A stretch of DNA of 64,000 bases from Bacteroidota bacterium (GCA_017858735.1 JAFMBH010000007.1:7223-71222); one strand, 5' to 3'. Counted from the first letter of the stretch, positions 1-9,255 are shown. The notes: generated by a model not told the origin, from the letters alone. Made by a program: numbers and translations.

Positions 1-3000
1 AGCTTATTTACCGATACTACCTATTATTTTTTAAGCTGGCAACGAAAAGAAAATCTGACAGCCCCTCTGGTAATTATGGGACAAGTGCCCCTTATTAAAA
101 ATTGGTCGCCTGGTATCGTTTTTTTAAAGGAACAAGTGATCTATAATGACAGACCGATGAAGGTATTCAATAAATGGGTCGGCGTCGATTGGGCCACTTC
201 ACAGTTTGAAAACGAAGGCTTTGCTTCCGATTGGTACAATACACTTATTACTAATATTTCATCGCCTGGTATTAAAAATTATAATCATAAGATACCCGCC
301 CAGGAAAGGGCTCGTGCTACCCTAAATATTCATTTGATTACCAATGATTTCGACGAGCCTCATAGGTTACAATTTTTCATTAATGATTCTTTTATCGGTT
401 CGGATACATTTTCCTTTTCAAAAATTAAAAATTATGAATTTAATGTGAATACCGAGGTACTTCGGGAGCATAATTCAGTCATAGTAAAAACTACCAATGG
501 CGAATATGATAAATTTGCTATCGGATGTGTTACTCTTTATTATCCAGCCGTTGAAACACCTTTGTCACATACTTTTGAGATTTTAAATAGGGATAATTAT
601 TTGCCAATGGGCATACAAACCAATGAAAAATCAACGCAGATAGTTGTTTGGAACTTAAATGACAAGGAGGTATATCATACCCAAACTGATGAAAATGGCT
701 TGTTTTTTATGGCCATTCCTCCGATAGATACAAAATTTCAATTTTTTATTCAGGCCGAGAAAAGCGTATCCTGGGTCTCCCTTCCTAAAATTTCCTTCTC
801 TCCCCATGATTTACCCCCGATAGATATTGACCTGTTATTGATATCAAATGCTCTGCTCAGCGCAGATAAATTGGGGAATAATCCGTTGGCAGACTATGCG
901 GAGTATAGAAAAAGTGTGGAGGGTGGAAACTTTTCTCCGTGGATTTCAGACATTAAACAGCTCGAAATGCAATATGCTTTTGGTATTCCAAATCACCCTT
1001 TAGCTATCAGAGGATTTATAAACAGGTTAATTCAAAGAAATTATCAGTTAAAGGGTATTTTATTACTTGGAAAAGGCAGAGAGTACAGAGATATTCGCAA
1101 AATCCGGGTTCCTAATGGCTTGTTGTCAGAAGAAGATCTTCCCTCTTTACTTCCCACCTGGGGTTATCCGGGAAGTGATGCCATGTTAGTCAGTTCCTTT
1201 GAAAATGATTTGCCATGGACAACCTTTGGTCGGATTCCAGCTATTTCCCCGGAAGAAGTATCTCTTTATCTAAAAAAGGTGATCCTTTTTGAAAAAAACA
1301 GAGAATCAAATGAGGTAAATCCTGCCTGGGTTAAAAGCGTGATTCAATTGGGCGGGGGAACCTATGAACCCGAGAAAAAGTATATCAGAGAGGTATTAGC
1401 TAATTACGTTAAATTGTTAGATGCACTGCCCTGGTCACCCAATGTGACCTCTTTTTTTAAGGAAAATGATGAACCTATTTTTGTCCCGTATTCTCAACAA
1501 TTTTTTGATAAGGTAAATAAGGGCATTGGATTAATCATTTTTCTTGGACACTCAACCGCGGGCACCTTCGATTTTAACATCGACAATCCCCGTTTATACG
1601 ATAATGGGTATAAGCAACCTTTTTTTTTATCATTGGGATGTTATGCTGGAAACCATTTTACTTCATTCAGGAGCCAGGGCGAACGATTTATTTTTTATCC
1701 TGAAAGTGGTGCCATTGCTTTTGCAGCAACCAGAGGCGTCGGTTTTTTACATTTATTAGCGGAAATGGGAAGTGTTGTTCTTGAACAAATAAGAGGGGAC
1801 GATGGCTTTCCCGCCTGGGGAAAAGTCATACATAATGGTATATTGAAGCTAATGAAAGGGGGTAATAAACCGCTGCAGGCTATGGCACAACAGTTAACTT
1901 TTCAAGGGGATCCTCTCGTTTATTTGCCTGTTCCTTCATCTCCGAAACCTGATTTTGCACCTCATTCTTTCAGTGTTTTTCCTTTTCCTGTATTAGTTAC
2001 CTCTGATTCAATGCAGTTGGAATGGAAAATTTCACACCTGGGTTTAGAGCCACTTGAAGCCCTTAAGGTTGAAATTTCTATGAGGGGTTTGGATGAAAAA
2101 ATCCTTTTTGTAGGATTTATTCCTTTGCAATCTCTTGATTACAAAGTAAAATTAGTGCTTCCCATTCCATCAGATATATTGAAGGGGGAGTATAGATTGT
2201 TTGTTAAATATATTCAACAGAGATGGGTAAATGGAATGGGTGAAACCAAGGAGGAAAGCATAAATATATCCTATTTTCATGACGATGGTGGGGAAGGATT
2301 TCCTTTGCAGGTGGAAAACAGGCTTTTTATTCCCTTATCCCCCATTGACAATGGATTGTTAAAAGAGGGAAATAAGTTTTCGCTGTTTAGAGCATCTGAC
2401 GAATTATCATCCCAGGAAATTCAAATGGAGTGGAAAGGCAGTGGACTGGTTGGTTTGACCCAAAATGCTGATACCACATTGACGCTTGACAAAGATATTT
2501 TTTATCAAGCGTTAATTTTTAAAGAAGATAGTTCTGTCTTACATGGTATGGTTCCTTTCCCATTGATTTTGAATGGAGTGTACTACTGGCGTGCTTATCC
2601 TAAAGAAACAAGTAATTATATATTAGGCAATTTACCCTTTCAATCATTTTCATATAATAATAAATCATTATATGAAATTAGTTTAAGTACCCAACGTCAA
2701 TTTAATGAGGGAAAATTAGAAGGACTACAATGGCAAAAGAAAGAGGATGACGTCCCAGATTGGGTTTTTTCTACCGTGTTTAATACGGTGCTTATCAGAA
2801 ATAAATGGAACGATGTGGAGAACCCTCCCTCATTTATACATAATGGGCAACCCATTGGCTCACCCTGGCCCTGGTTGCTGACAGCGGCTATACAGGTGAT
2901 GGTTTGGGATACCATGGAAGGTCATTGGATAAAAAATCCACCGGGCGGATTATTTCATGCTAAAAGTAATGGCAATGCAATGAATGCATGGGTATTTGAT

Positions 3001-4692
3001 ACCCGGAATGCTGAAGGTCGTCAGGGACTTATCTCTTTTCTTGAAAATGGCATTCCTACTGGTGCTTATGTTTCTGTTTATTCTGCTCAGGAAAGGGAAA
3101 ATGGTGATTATCGTCCTGAGTATTGGGAAGCAGATGCCCTTGAATATGGAAAAGATATTTTTTCTGTATTAGAAAAATTTGGCGCCACCAAAGTCAGGGA
3201 GCTCAAGGAAAGGGGCGCTGTTCCATACATTTTTCACTTTAGGAAGGGCTTTGGCAAATTGGACGAATCTATGGCCCTTTTTCCCAATGATATTATTTAC
3301 GCCCAATGTAACCCATCAAAAGTTTGGCATAAAGGTTCGTTTACCAGCCCTTTACTGGGCCCGGCTCTTTCGTGGAAGGAATTACAAATAGATTTTAAGG
3401 AAGAAGTAGGGATTTTTGACACAATAGATATAGTCATAGCTGGTTTTAATCCTTCTTTTCCCCATTTTAAACCCGTTTTGTTCGAGAAAAAGGCAATCTC
3501 TCAAGGGTTTAATCAATGGAATGTTAATACAAACGATTTTTTCTTTAGTGAAACAGATAGCTTATTGGCTGTGAAACTAGGTATCTCAAAAGGTCAACTT
3601 AATAAAACGAGTTGGCCTTTCCTACAATTAAAATTTAATATTACTAATCGGTTAACACGAACACCCTTGAGTTTGAATAAAATTCAAGCGGTGTTCAATC
3701 CTTTGCCAGAGGTTAAAGTCAGCTTGATCCCCAATATATCGTATGATTCCACCCTTAGTACTTCAGACTTTTTAGCCTATTGGCAGCTGGAAAACTTAAG
3801 TTCCTTTTCTACCGATTCGCTCCGACTTTCCTATAAAATAGAGCAAGGAAATACCGTAATTTCGGATCACACTTTGGCTTTTAGCCCTCTTCTCCCTTTT
3901 GAAACGCTTAAGATTCCCTGGCAGTTATCGTTGGCAGGTTTAGAGGGGGAGATAGATTTAGCCTGGTATTGGGGATTGCCGAATAATGATTTTCATCCCA
4001 ATAATAACAAAGGAAAAATTAAAGGTATTAAGCTGCCCAATAAATATAAAATATCCCTTTCCCTTCAAATAGATGGCGAGATACCTCAACAAGGAACCTT
4101 TGTTTCTCAAAGACCACAATGTATTATCGAAGGTATCATGTCGAGTATTAAGGGGGTGGAAAAAGTTGATTCATCTGAAATTATAGCTTTTTTAACCCTG
4201 CCAAATGGATTGGTGAAACCGATTGTTTGGGATTATGAAGGGGTGAAAATGGTTATTGAGTCCATAGAAAATACTCACATAATTAGCATTTATTGGCAGC
4301 CCTTTTTTAGCGAAGAAGGAACTTATAAAATGCAATTAAATATGGACAAGTATAGTGAAACCTGGATTTTTGAAGTGGTGAAACCGCAAAAATTTACTCG
4401 TTTTGTTAACTATCCAAATCCATTCTCTACCTGGACCAGATTTCATTATTCTTTGAGTGCTGGTGTTGACATTCTTCAATATAATATTCAAATTTTTTCA
4501 ATGACAGGATTATTGGTCCGGCAGTTAAGTAATGAAGATGTCGGTAGTTTTCATGTTGGTACTCATTTGACAACAGGTGGTTGGGACGGTAAAGATACTT
4601 TCGGAGATGTACTCGCCAATGGTGTTTATATCTATAAACTGGCATGGTTAAATCATCATATTATGGGTAAAATGGTGTTAATTAGTCCATAA
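1..4692 (+). CDS. Very large secreted C25-family (gingipain/PorU-like) cysteine peptidase homolog with T9SS C-terminal sorting domain; 5' partial
   Basis: The listed ORF is 76..4692 (1538 aa), but frame 1 has no stop from nt 1 (SLFTDTTYYFLSWQRKENLTAPLVIMGQ...), so the CDS probably begins upstream of the window. C25-like landmarks are LLLISNALL...AEYRK, QLEMQYAFG..HPLAIRGFI, LLLGKGREY and GRIPAISPEEVSLYLKKV. The candidate catalytic His is in IFLGHSTAG and the candidate Cys in FLSLGCYAGN. The C-terminus FVNYPNPFSTWTRFHY...GVYIYKL...GKMVLI looks like a type-A T9SS CTD. Confidence 0.75.
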   Translation, partial: SLFTDTTYYFLSWQRKENLTAPLVIMGQVPLIKNWSPGIVFLKEQVIYNDRPMKVFNKWVGVDWATSQFENEGFASDWYNTLITNISSPGIKNYNHKIPAQERARATLNIHLITNDFDEPHRLQFFINDSFIGSDTFSFSKIKNYEFNVNTEVLREHNSVIVKTTNGEYDKFAIGCVTLYYPAVETPLSHTFEILNRDNYLPMGIQTNEKSTQIVVWNLNDKEVYHTQTDENGLFFMAIPPIDTKFQFFIQAEKSVSWVSLPKISFSPHDLPPIDIDLLLISNALLSADKLGNNPLADYAEYRKSVEGGNFSPWISDIKQLEMQYAFGIPNHPLAIRGFINRLIQRNYQLKGILLLGKGREYRDIRKIRVPNGLLSEEDLPSLLPTWGYPGSDAMLVSSFENDLPWTTFGRIPAISPEEVSLYLKKVILFEKNRESNEVNPAWVKSVIQLGGGTYEPEKKYIREVLANYVKLLDALPWSPNVTSFFKENDEPIFVPYSQQFFDKVNKGIGLIIFLGHSTAGTFDFNIDNPRLYDNGYKQPFFLSLGCYAGNHFTSFRSQGERFIFYPESGAIAFAATRGVGFLHLLAEMGSVVLEQIRGDDGFPAWGKVIHNGILKLMKGGNKPLQAMAQQLTFQGDPLVYLPVPSSPKPDFAPHSFSVFPFPVLVTSDSMQLEWKISHLGLEPLEALKVEISMRGLDEKILFVGFIPLQSLDYKVKLVLPIPSDILKGEYRLFVKYIQQRWVNGMGETKEESINISYFHDDGGEGFPLQVENRLFIPLSPIDNGLLKEGNKFSLFRASDELSSQEIQMEWKGSGLVGLTQNADTTLTLDKDIFYQALIFKEDSSVLHGMVPFPLILNGVYYWRAYPKETSNYILGNLPFQSFSYNNKSLYEISLSTQRQFNEGKLEGLQWQKKEDDVPDWVFSTVFNTVLIRNKWNDVENPPSFIHNGQPIGSPWPWLLTAAIQVMVWDTMEGHWIKNPPGGLFHAKSNGNAMNAWVFDTRNAEGRQGLISFLENGIPTGAYVSVYSAQERENGDYRPEYWEADALEYGKDIFSVLEKFGATKVRELKERGAVPYIFHFRKGFGKLDESMALFPNDIIYAQCNPSKVWHKGSFTSPLLGPALSWKELQIDFKEEVGIFDTIDIVIAGFNPSFPHFKPVLFEKKAISQGFNQWNVNTNDFFFSETDSLLAVKLGISKGQLNKTSWPFLQLKFNITNRLTRTPLSLNKIQAVFNPLPEVKVSLIPNISYDSTLSTSDFLAYWQLENLSSFSTDSLRLSYKIEQGNTVISDHTLAFSPLLPFETLKIPWQLSLAGLEGEIDLAWYWGLPNNDFHPNNNKGKIKGIKLPNKYKISLSLQIDGEIPQQGTFVSQRPQCIIEGIMSSIKGVEKVDSSEIIAFLTLPNGLVKPIVWDYEGVKMVIESIENTHIISIYWQPFFSEEGTYKMQLNMDKYSETWIFEVVKPQKFTRFVNYPNPFSTWTRFHYSLSAGVDILQYNIQIFSMTGLLVRQLSNEDVGSFHVGTHLTTGGWDGKDTFGDVLANGVYIYKLAWLNHHIMGKMVLISP

Positions 4693-5601
4693 ATGGTAAG
4701 TGTTATCATCCCCGTGTACAATGCTGAAAAAACACTAGGCAGAGCTATAAAATCTGTGCTTAATCAAGCTTTTGTCAGCCAGTTAATTATCGTAAATGAT
4801 GCGTCCACCGACGATAGTCTTTCTATTATTGCCTTTTTTCGGACTACTTATTTTTTTCCAAACGGGACCATAAAACTGGATTTACGTAGTCTGGACGATA
4901 ATAAAGGAGTTTCTACGGCAAGAAATATAGGTTTGGAATGGGTCACTTCTCCTTTGGTCTCCTTCCTTGATGCAGATGACGAATTTTTACCAGGAAGATT
5001 TTATGAAAATGTCCTTCAACTTATTGAAAATATAGAGATTGAAGGTATTTATTCGCCTGTTCAGGTGAAATATGAAGGTGTGTCGGCAAAGGAAAATCAT
5101 CAAAAAATGAGTAACGAAAAGGAAATTATTGGAGATATAGGTAAACTTAACGACAGATTGTTTTCTAATTTTTTGGGTTGTTCAGAAAAATATTTCTTGC
5201 TATCCGGATTATTAATCCGACGAAAAAGTATTTTAAACATTGGCTTTTTTGACCCGGATTACGCCTATTGTCAAGATACAGATTGGTTGCTGCGCATTAC
5301 TTCTACCTTAGCATTGTTACCCTCAAAAAGTAAAGATCCCTTGGTAATTATTTGGAGGCATGCTGAAAATAGAATTTTGGATGGTTCAGCAGCTTCCGTT
5401 TTTAGATATGCCTTGCTTATAAAATGGTTGCCGTATGTTCTCACCCGCAAAGATTTTGCTTTTAAGCAAAAGCTGTTTTTTATTAATAGTTTGTTGGATT
5501 CTCCAATAAAGCCTGGCGGACATAAAATTTTCAAGATTTTAACAGCCTTTGAAATGTGTATTAGAAATCCTCGAATACTTAGCTGGCTGATTAAACAATG
5601 A
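4693..5601 (+). CDS. Glycosyltransferase family 2 (GT-A fold)
   Basis: The 302-aa ORF carries VSVIIPVYNAEKTLGRAIKSVLNQ, IVNDASTDDS and a DxD-type FLDADDEF. Its ATG directly follows the TAA of the upstream CDS (TAAATG). Confidence 0.85.
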   Translation: MVSVIIPVYNAEKTLGRAIKSVLNQAFVSQLIIVNDASTDDSLSIIAFFRTTYFFPNGTIKLDLRSLDDNKGVSTARNIGLEWVTSPLVSFLDADDEFLPGRFYENVLQLIENIEIEGIYSPVQVKYEGVSAKENHQKMSNEKEIIGDIGKLNDRLFSNFLGCSEKYFLLSGLLIRRKSILNIGFFDPDYAYCQDTDWLLRITSTLALLPSKSKDPLVIIWRHAENRILDGSAASVFRYALLIKWLPYVLTRKDFAFKQKLFFINSLLDSPIKPGGHKIFKILTAFEMCIRNPRILSWLIKQ

Positions 5602-6731
5602 AAATATTATATTTTTCTCCTACTTATTCACCCATAACGCATGGTCCTGCCCTAACAGCTCAAATTATAGCGAACATACCGTCAGATAAACATTCCATAG
5701 AGATAAGAATGGTGTCAGAATCTTTTGAGATTGACACTCCTCCCAATGCATATTTGATAGATATTCAGATAAATAGAGTTTTTCACGCATGGGGAAAATG
5801 GATAAGAATGTGGCGCTATTACCAAAAGGCCATTGAAATTTATAAAGATTATCCTTTTGATTATTTGTTGTTTAATGATGCTTTACTAGGCTTTTTTTCA
5901 GCGCTGTGGTGGCGTTCTTCTCCTGTCCAGATTTGGGGTTTTTGTAACGATTATGCATACATGAGTTTATCTTCTAATGTTAATAAATGGAAGCCTAGTT
6001 TTTTGATGGAATGTTTGCACACCATAGCGGAATATGGTACGATGAAACTGGTGGACGGTATTTTTACCTGTTCGCAGTCTTTAAGGAATATGGCAATGCT
6101 TGTCTATGGAATCAAATCGGATAAGATAAAATGTTTATATCCTGGCATTCATCTTTCCTTTTGGACATATAAATTCCGTTGCTTTAAGATCTTAGGAGAA
6201 ATGGAGGAAATTTTATTTGTGAAGAGTGATTATAAAAATGGGGGTTTATTGGTCCTTTTGAATGCTCTTAACAGGTTATCGCATCTTTCTTTTCGTTTAC
6301 ATATTGCGGGAACGCCATCGAGTCAACTAGCTAATCTACAAATAGTACTAAATAAATATCCAAAACTGAACATCGTCATTTATGGACAAGTTTCTCCTGT
6401 TAAAGTGCGGGAGCTTATGTATCAATGTGATATGCTTTGTATCCCTTCTATAAATGAAGGATTTGGTATTGCTAACATTGAAGGATTAGCGACAGGTATC
6501 TCTGTCGTCAGTTCCAGCGCTGGGGGAATCCCTGAAGTTTTACCGATGGATAAATTTGGATGGACAGTACCGCCTAATGATGATATTTCTCTGGCAAGGT
6601 CAATTGAATATTGTTGGCGAAATAAGATGGAGCGATCAAAACGATCCCAGGCAGGGCGCGCCATGGTTGAATTACATTTTACAAGCCAGCAGTTGCAAGA
6701 AAATTTTATACAATGCATTATCAAAAAGTAA
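5598..6731 (+). CDS. Glycosyltransferase, GT-B fold (family 4/1-like)
   Basis: The 377-aa ORF has the C-terminal motif PSINEGFGIANIEGLATGISVVSSSAGGIPEVL, typical of GT4 enzymes. Its start overlaps the upstream stop (ATGA at 5598-5601). Confidence 0.8.
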   Translation: MKILYFSPTYSPITHGPALTAQIIANIPSDKHSIEIRMVSESFEIDTPPNAYLIDIQINRVFHAWGKWIRMWRYYQKAIEIYKDYPFDYLLFNDALLGFFSALWWRSSPVQIWGFCNDYAYMSLSSNVNKWKPSFLMECLHTIAEYGTMKLVDGIFTCSQSLRNMAMLVYGIKSDKIKCLYPGIHLSFWTYKFRCFKILGEMEEILFVKSDYKNGGLLVLLNALNRLSHLSFRLHIAGTPSSQLANLQIVLNKYPKLNIVIYGQVSPVKVRELMYQCDMLCIPSINEGFGIANIEGLATGISVVSSSAGGIPEVLPMDKFGWTVPPNDDISLARSIEYCWRNKMERSKRSQAGRAMVELHFTSQQLQENFIQCIIKK

Positions 6732-7729
6732 CTAAAATCGCCCTTTTTGAACCTGAGTTACATCATGAAGTGCTAGAAATATTTTTAGCTTATTACGTTC
6801 ATATTGCTGAGAATATATCGATTTTGACATATAGTGAAAATATAAAATACATCAATGAGACATTACGTTTTCAGCCCAATGTAACTTGGTGCACTTTTGA
6901 AAATAGGAAAAAAGATGAACGGTTAATAAAACAATGGATATCGGAGCAGTCTGATGTTGATTTATTTGTCTGGATTACATTATCTCCTTTATGGTTAAAT
7001 TTTAACGTCGAAAAATTACCAGTGAATTCAATGCTTGTTATTCATAATTATCATTTTTGGTTTGATTATGAGAACCACAAAGCACCTTTATTTCATCATT
7101 TAAAAACAATTTGGCATCAATGGATTTACTTTTTTAGTTATCGACAAAAACAGAAAAGATGGCTTTCAAGATTTCGCTATTGGAACAGTTTGGTATCCTT
7201 TCCATTTATTCCTCCTCAGCGCATTCCTCCTCAGCATTCTACCTCTAAAAATAATTTAGCGGTAGTGATTCCGGGCGGCATCAGGGAAAATGGAAGAGAT
7301 TATGGCTTAGTAATTCAATTAATTGAAAGATTACCCTCCACCATGGCGATTGAACTTGTATTTCTGGGAGATGCAAGCAGTCTTTTTGCCCAAAAATTTC
7401 TAAAATCGATTTTTAAAATCAAACCTATAACAGTCATAATCGTACACTTTAACCATTATGTACCAGAAGATCTTTTTACGTTTTACATGCAACGGGCTAC
7501 CTTTCTATGGATTCCACTAACGCCGGACAGGTATTATGGTGGTGTGATAGAAAAAGTTGGTTTTTCTGCTATAACCGGAGGTCTTATGGATGCGTGGAAA
7601 TTTCAACGAAAATGTTTTCTTCCCCAATGGTATCCCATTCCTTCTGACATGAAAAATATAGTATTGCCTTACCATCATATAGAGGAAATAATTTCCCAAC
7701 TTTCAGGCAGTAAACGGCATGTTAGTTAG
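6713..7729 (+). CDS. Hypothetical protein in the glycan locus (possibly a divergent GT-B-like enzyme)
   Basis: The 338-aa ORF is co-directional with the GT4 gene and overlaps it by 19 nt. I recognise no family motif. An alpha/beta-looking segment (LAVVIPGGIRENGRDYGLVIQLIERL...ELVFLGD) is the only hint, so the product is speculative. Confidence 0.5.
   Translation: MHYQKVTKIALFEPELHHEVLEIFLAYYVHIAENISILTYSENIKYINETLRFQPNVTWCTFENRKKDERLIKQWISEQSDVDLFVWITLSPLWLNFNVEKLPVNSMLVIHNYHFWFDYENHKAPLFHHLKTIWHQWIYFFSYRQKQKRWLSRFRYWNSLVSFPFIPPQRIPPQHSTSKNNLAVVIPGGIRENGRDYGLVIQLIERLPSTMAIELVFLGDASSLFAQKFLKSIFKIKPITVIIVHFNHYVPEDLFTFYMQRATFLWIPLTPDRYYGGVIEKVGFSAITGGLMDAWKFQRKCFLPQWYPIPSDMKNIVLPYHHIEEIISQLSGSKRHVS
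7208..7235. repeat. In-frame 15-bp-period direct duplication inside the 6713..7729 CDS
   Basis: attcctcctcagc occurs at 7208-7220 and again at 7223-7235. This encodes IPPQR-IPPQH. Confidence 0.9.
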
Positions 7730-7852
7730 ATTTACTGTTGAGATTTTATGTCATTTAGAGAAAAACAAATCTTTTCAAATATACAGTAAGTTGGAATTTT
7801 AAACACATGGTAAATGTATTTAAAATAAGTGGGTATAATGCTATAAAAGACA

Positions 7853-7945
7853 CTATACCTTTAATCGCGAATTTCCTTTTTGAGTAGTAACGTATTTTTG
7901 GTTCCGATCTTTAGAATTTTCTTTTTTTGTATATTCTATCAAGTT
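7853..7945 (-). pseudogene. Distal part of the same gene remnant, downstream of the in-frame TAA
   Basis: Past the TAA at 7946-7948 the same frame continues as NLIEYTKKENSKDRNQKYVTTQKGNSRLKV and stops at 7853-7855. This matches the usual family ending (PDKPxSxNQKY..T.KG..L). Confidence 0.55.
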
Positions 7946-8179
7946 TTATTCTATTAAAGGTAAAATATGTCTTTTGAAGTTATAAAAATGGTTTGATATA
8001 CCCATAATAGAAAGTACTTCCAATCTTGACTTTGGTGTTTTACAATACTTTAAAACTTTTTCTATTTGGTCAACTACTTGGTCACTTACTTGGTCACTTA
8101 CTTGGTCACTCCGTACTTTTTTTTCTAACATGAACGTTTCGTTAATATGGAATTCACTAATGAAAAAGGTACGTTCCTT
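7946..8179 (-). pseudogene. Remnant (C-terminal ~100 codons, in-frame stop) of a RecG-like/AlbA_2-type putative ATP-dependent DNA-binding regulator gene
   Basis: The minus-strand frame reads ...ERTFFISEFHINETFMLEKKVRSDQVSDQVSDQVVDQIEKVLKYCKTPKSRLEVLSIMGISNHFYNFKRHILPLIE and then hits TAA at 7946-7948. From memory, this tail is typical of ~480-aa Bacteroidota 'putative DNA binding / RecG-like' proteins. The N-terminal ~380 codons are absent: there is a stop at 8180-8182 and no recognisable upstream frame. Confidence 0.6.
8066..8113. repeat. 4 x 12-bp tandem repeat (ttggtcacttac consensus)
   Basis: The units are ttggtcaactac, ttggtcacttac, ttggtcacttac and ttggtcactccg at 8066, 8078, 8090 and 8102. 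On the minus strand they encode the (S/V)DQV tetrapeptide repeat of the remnant. Confidence 0.95.
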
Positions 8180-8388
8180 TCATTTCGCTATTGGGTTACT
8201 AATGAGAAAAATACAAATGACCAAGAACCGGGACTCATAATAACAGGAAACGTCATTGAAAATGTGAGATTAACAAGAATGTGAGATTAAAATAAATGTA
8301 ATCACTAAAATTGACGAAGAACCAAAAGATTTCAATAAACCAATCGACGGGCATATTATAGCAAAGGCTCCACCAGGATTAAGCAGAT

Positions 8389-9255
8389 TTACTTTTCTAA
8401 CATTAAAATTTCTATTTGACTCATTGTCAATCCCGTTGCTTTGGATATGTCCTCAGCGGAAAGGCCAATGGATATTAAATTTTTAGCAATTTCAGTACTT
8501 CTTTCTTCTTTTACTTTAAATGCTGCTTCAGTCTGCAAAGTAAAAAGTTCACTGGCTTTCAAGTGCAAACTGTCCAGGTAGCGATTGTAAGCATATTCGA
8601 CCTCTTTTGGTAAACGCATTATATCTAAAACTTCTCTGGCTTCTTTAAGACCTTTCGCTTTAAATTCGTCTTTCACCTCACTATTTTTAAAGAAATAAAT
8701 CCATTCGTCTAATGTGTCTTTAGCAATGTCGTTAAATTGATTAACCTTTAACAAATAATATTCTGGAAAAATATCAGAAATTTTTTCTTTTAGAAAGGTC
8801 GTTTTTTGTTTGTCAGACAGTCCCAGGAGGTCATGCTGGTGCATACCTCTGAAATCAGTTTTACCTGAATAAATATAGTCTTGTCCCTGGCCTAAATCGA
8901 AATAAACAATATTGATAGCGATCACTTTTTTAATTTCCGAATATCTCTGTCCAAGATGTAGATTTTCTGAAATACTTTTCGATACACCATAAGCCATCCT
9001 CTGAAAATAGTCTATTTCGTAGGAGCTTTGTATTTCAATAATAATAAGTTCGTTTTTTGAATTTTGTGTTAATATGTCAACACGATTGTATTTGTCATTA
9101 TCGGTTTCTTGATTTGATTCACTTTCTAGAATTTTCTCGATGATGATATTTTCAAATAATAGTTCGCTTAGAAATCCTTCAAGTACTACAAAATTAGCCT
9201 TGTTTCTTAAAAGTCTTTTAATTGCCCAGTCAAATCGTATTAATTTTTTGCTCAT
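8389..9255 (-). CDS. Rpn/YhgA-like PD-(D/E)XK nuclease family protein ('putative transposase', recombination-promoting nuclease family)
   Basis: The 288-aa ORF has the N-terminus KLIRFDWAIKRLLRNKANFVVLEGFLSELL and the core NRVDILTQN...ELIIIEIQ. Both resemble the TIGR01784-type PD-(D/E)XK proteins that are common in multiple copies in Bacteroidota. Confidence 0.75.
   Translation of the reverse strand: MSKKLIRFDWAIKRLLRNKANFVVLEGFLSELLFENIIIEKILESESNQETDNDKYNRVDILTQNSKNELIIIEIQSSYEIDYFQRMAYGVSKSISENLHLGQRYSEIKKVIAINIVYFDLGQGQDYIYSGKTDFRGMHQHDLLGLSDKQKTTFLKEKISDIFPEYYLLKVNQFNDIAKDTLDEWIYFFKNSEVKDEFKAKGLKEAREVLDIMRLPKEVEYAYNRYLDSLHLKASELFTLQTEAAFKVKEERSTEIAKNLISIGLSAEDISKATGLTMSQIEILMLEK

Noticed and set aside
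1544-4645. Short ORFs (60-100 aa) nested in or antisense to the large CDSs here and throughout the window. Examples are 1544..1759, 2697..2915, 2984..3172, 3179..3391, 4427..4645, 5271..5534, 6422..6724, 27433..28241, 29670..30011, 56225..56545 and 62177..62734.
   Set aside because: All are contained within longer ORFs that carry clear family motifs. None has a recognisable domain or plausible independent start context.
76-4692. Calling the large C25-family ORF the T9SS sortase PorU outright.
   Set aside because: The C25 hallmarks and a CTD fit PorU. However, the ORF is longer than the PorU proteins I know, no porV gene is adjacent, and I cannot run the PorU-specific HMM. It is reported as C25/PorU-like only.
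8066-8113. The possibility that the short tandem repeat is a CRISPR or other spacer-repeat array.
   Set aside because: The units are 12 bp, directly adjacent with no spacers, and in frame with a protein tail (SDQV repeats). No cas genes are in the window.
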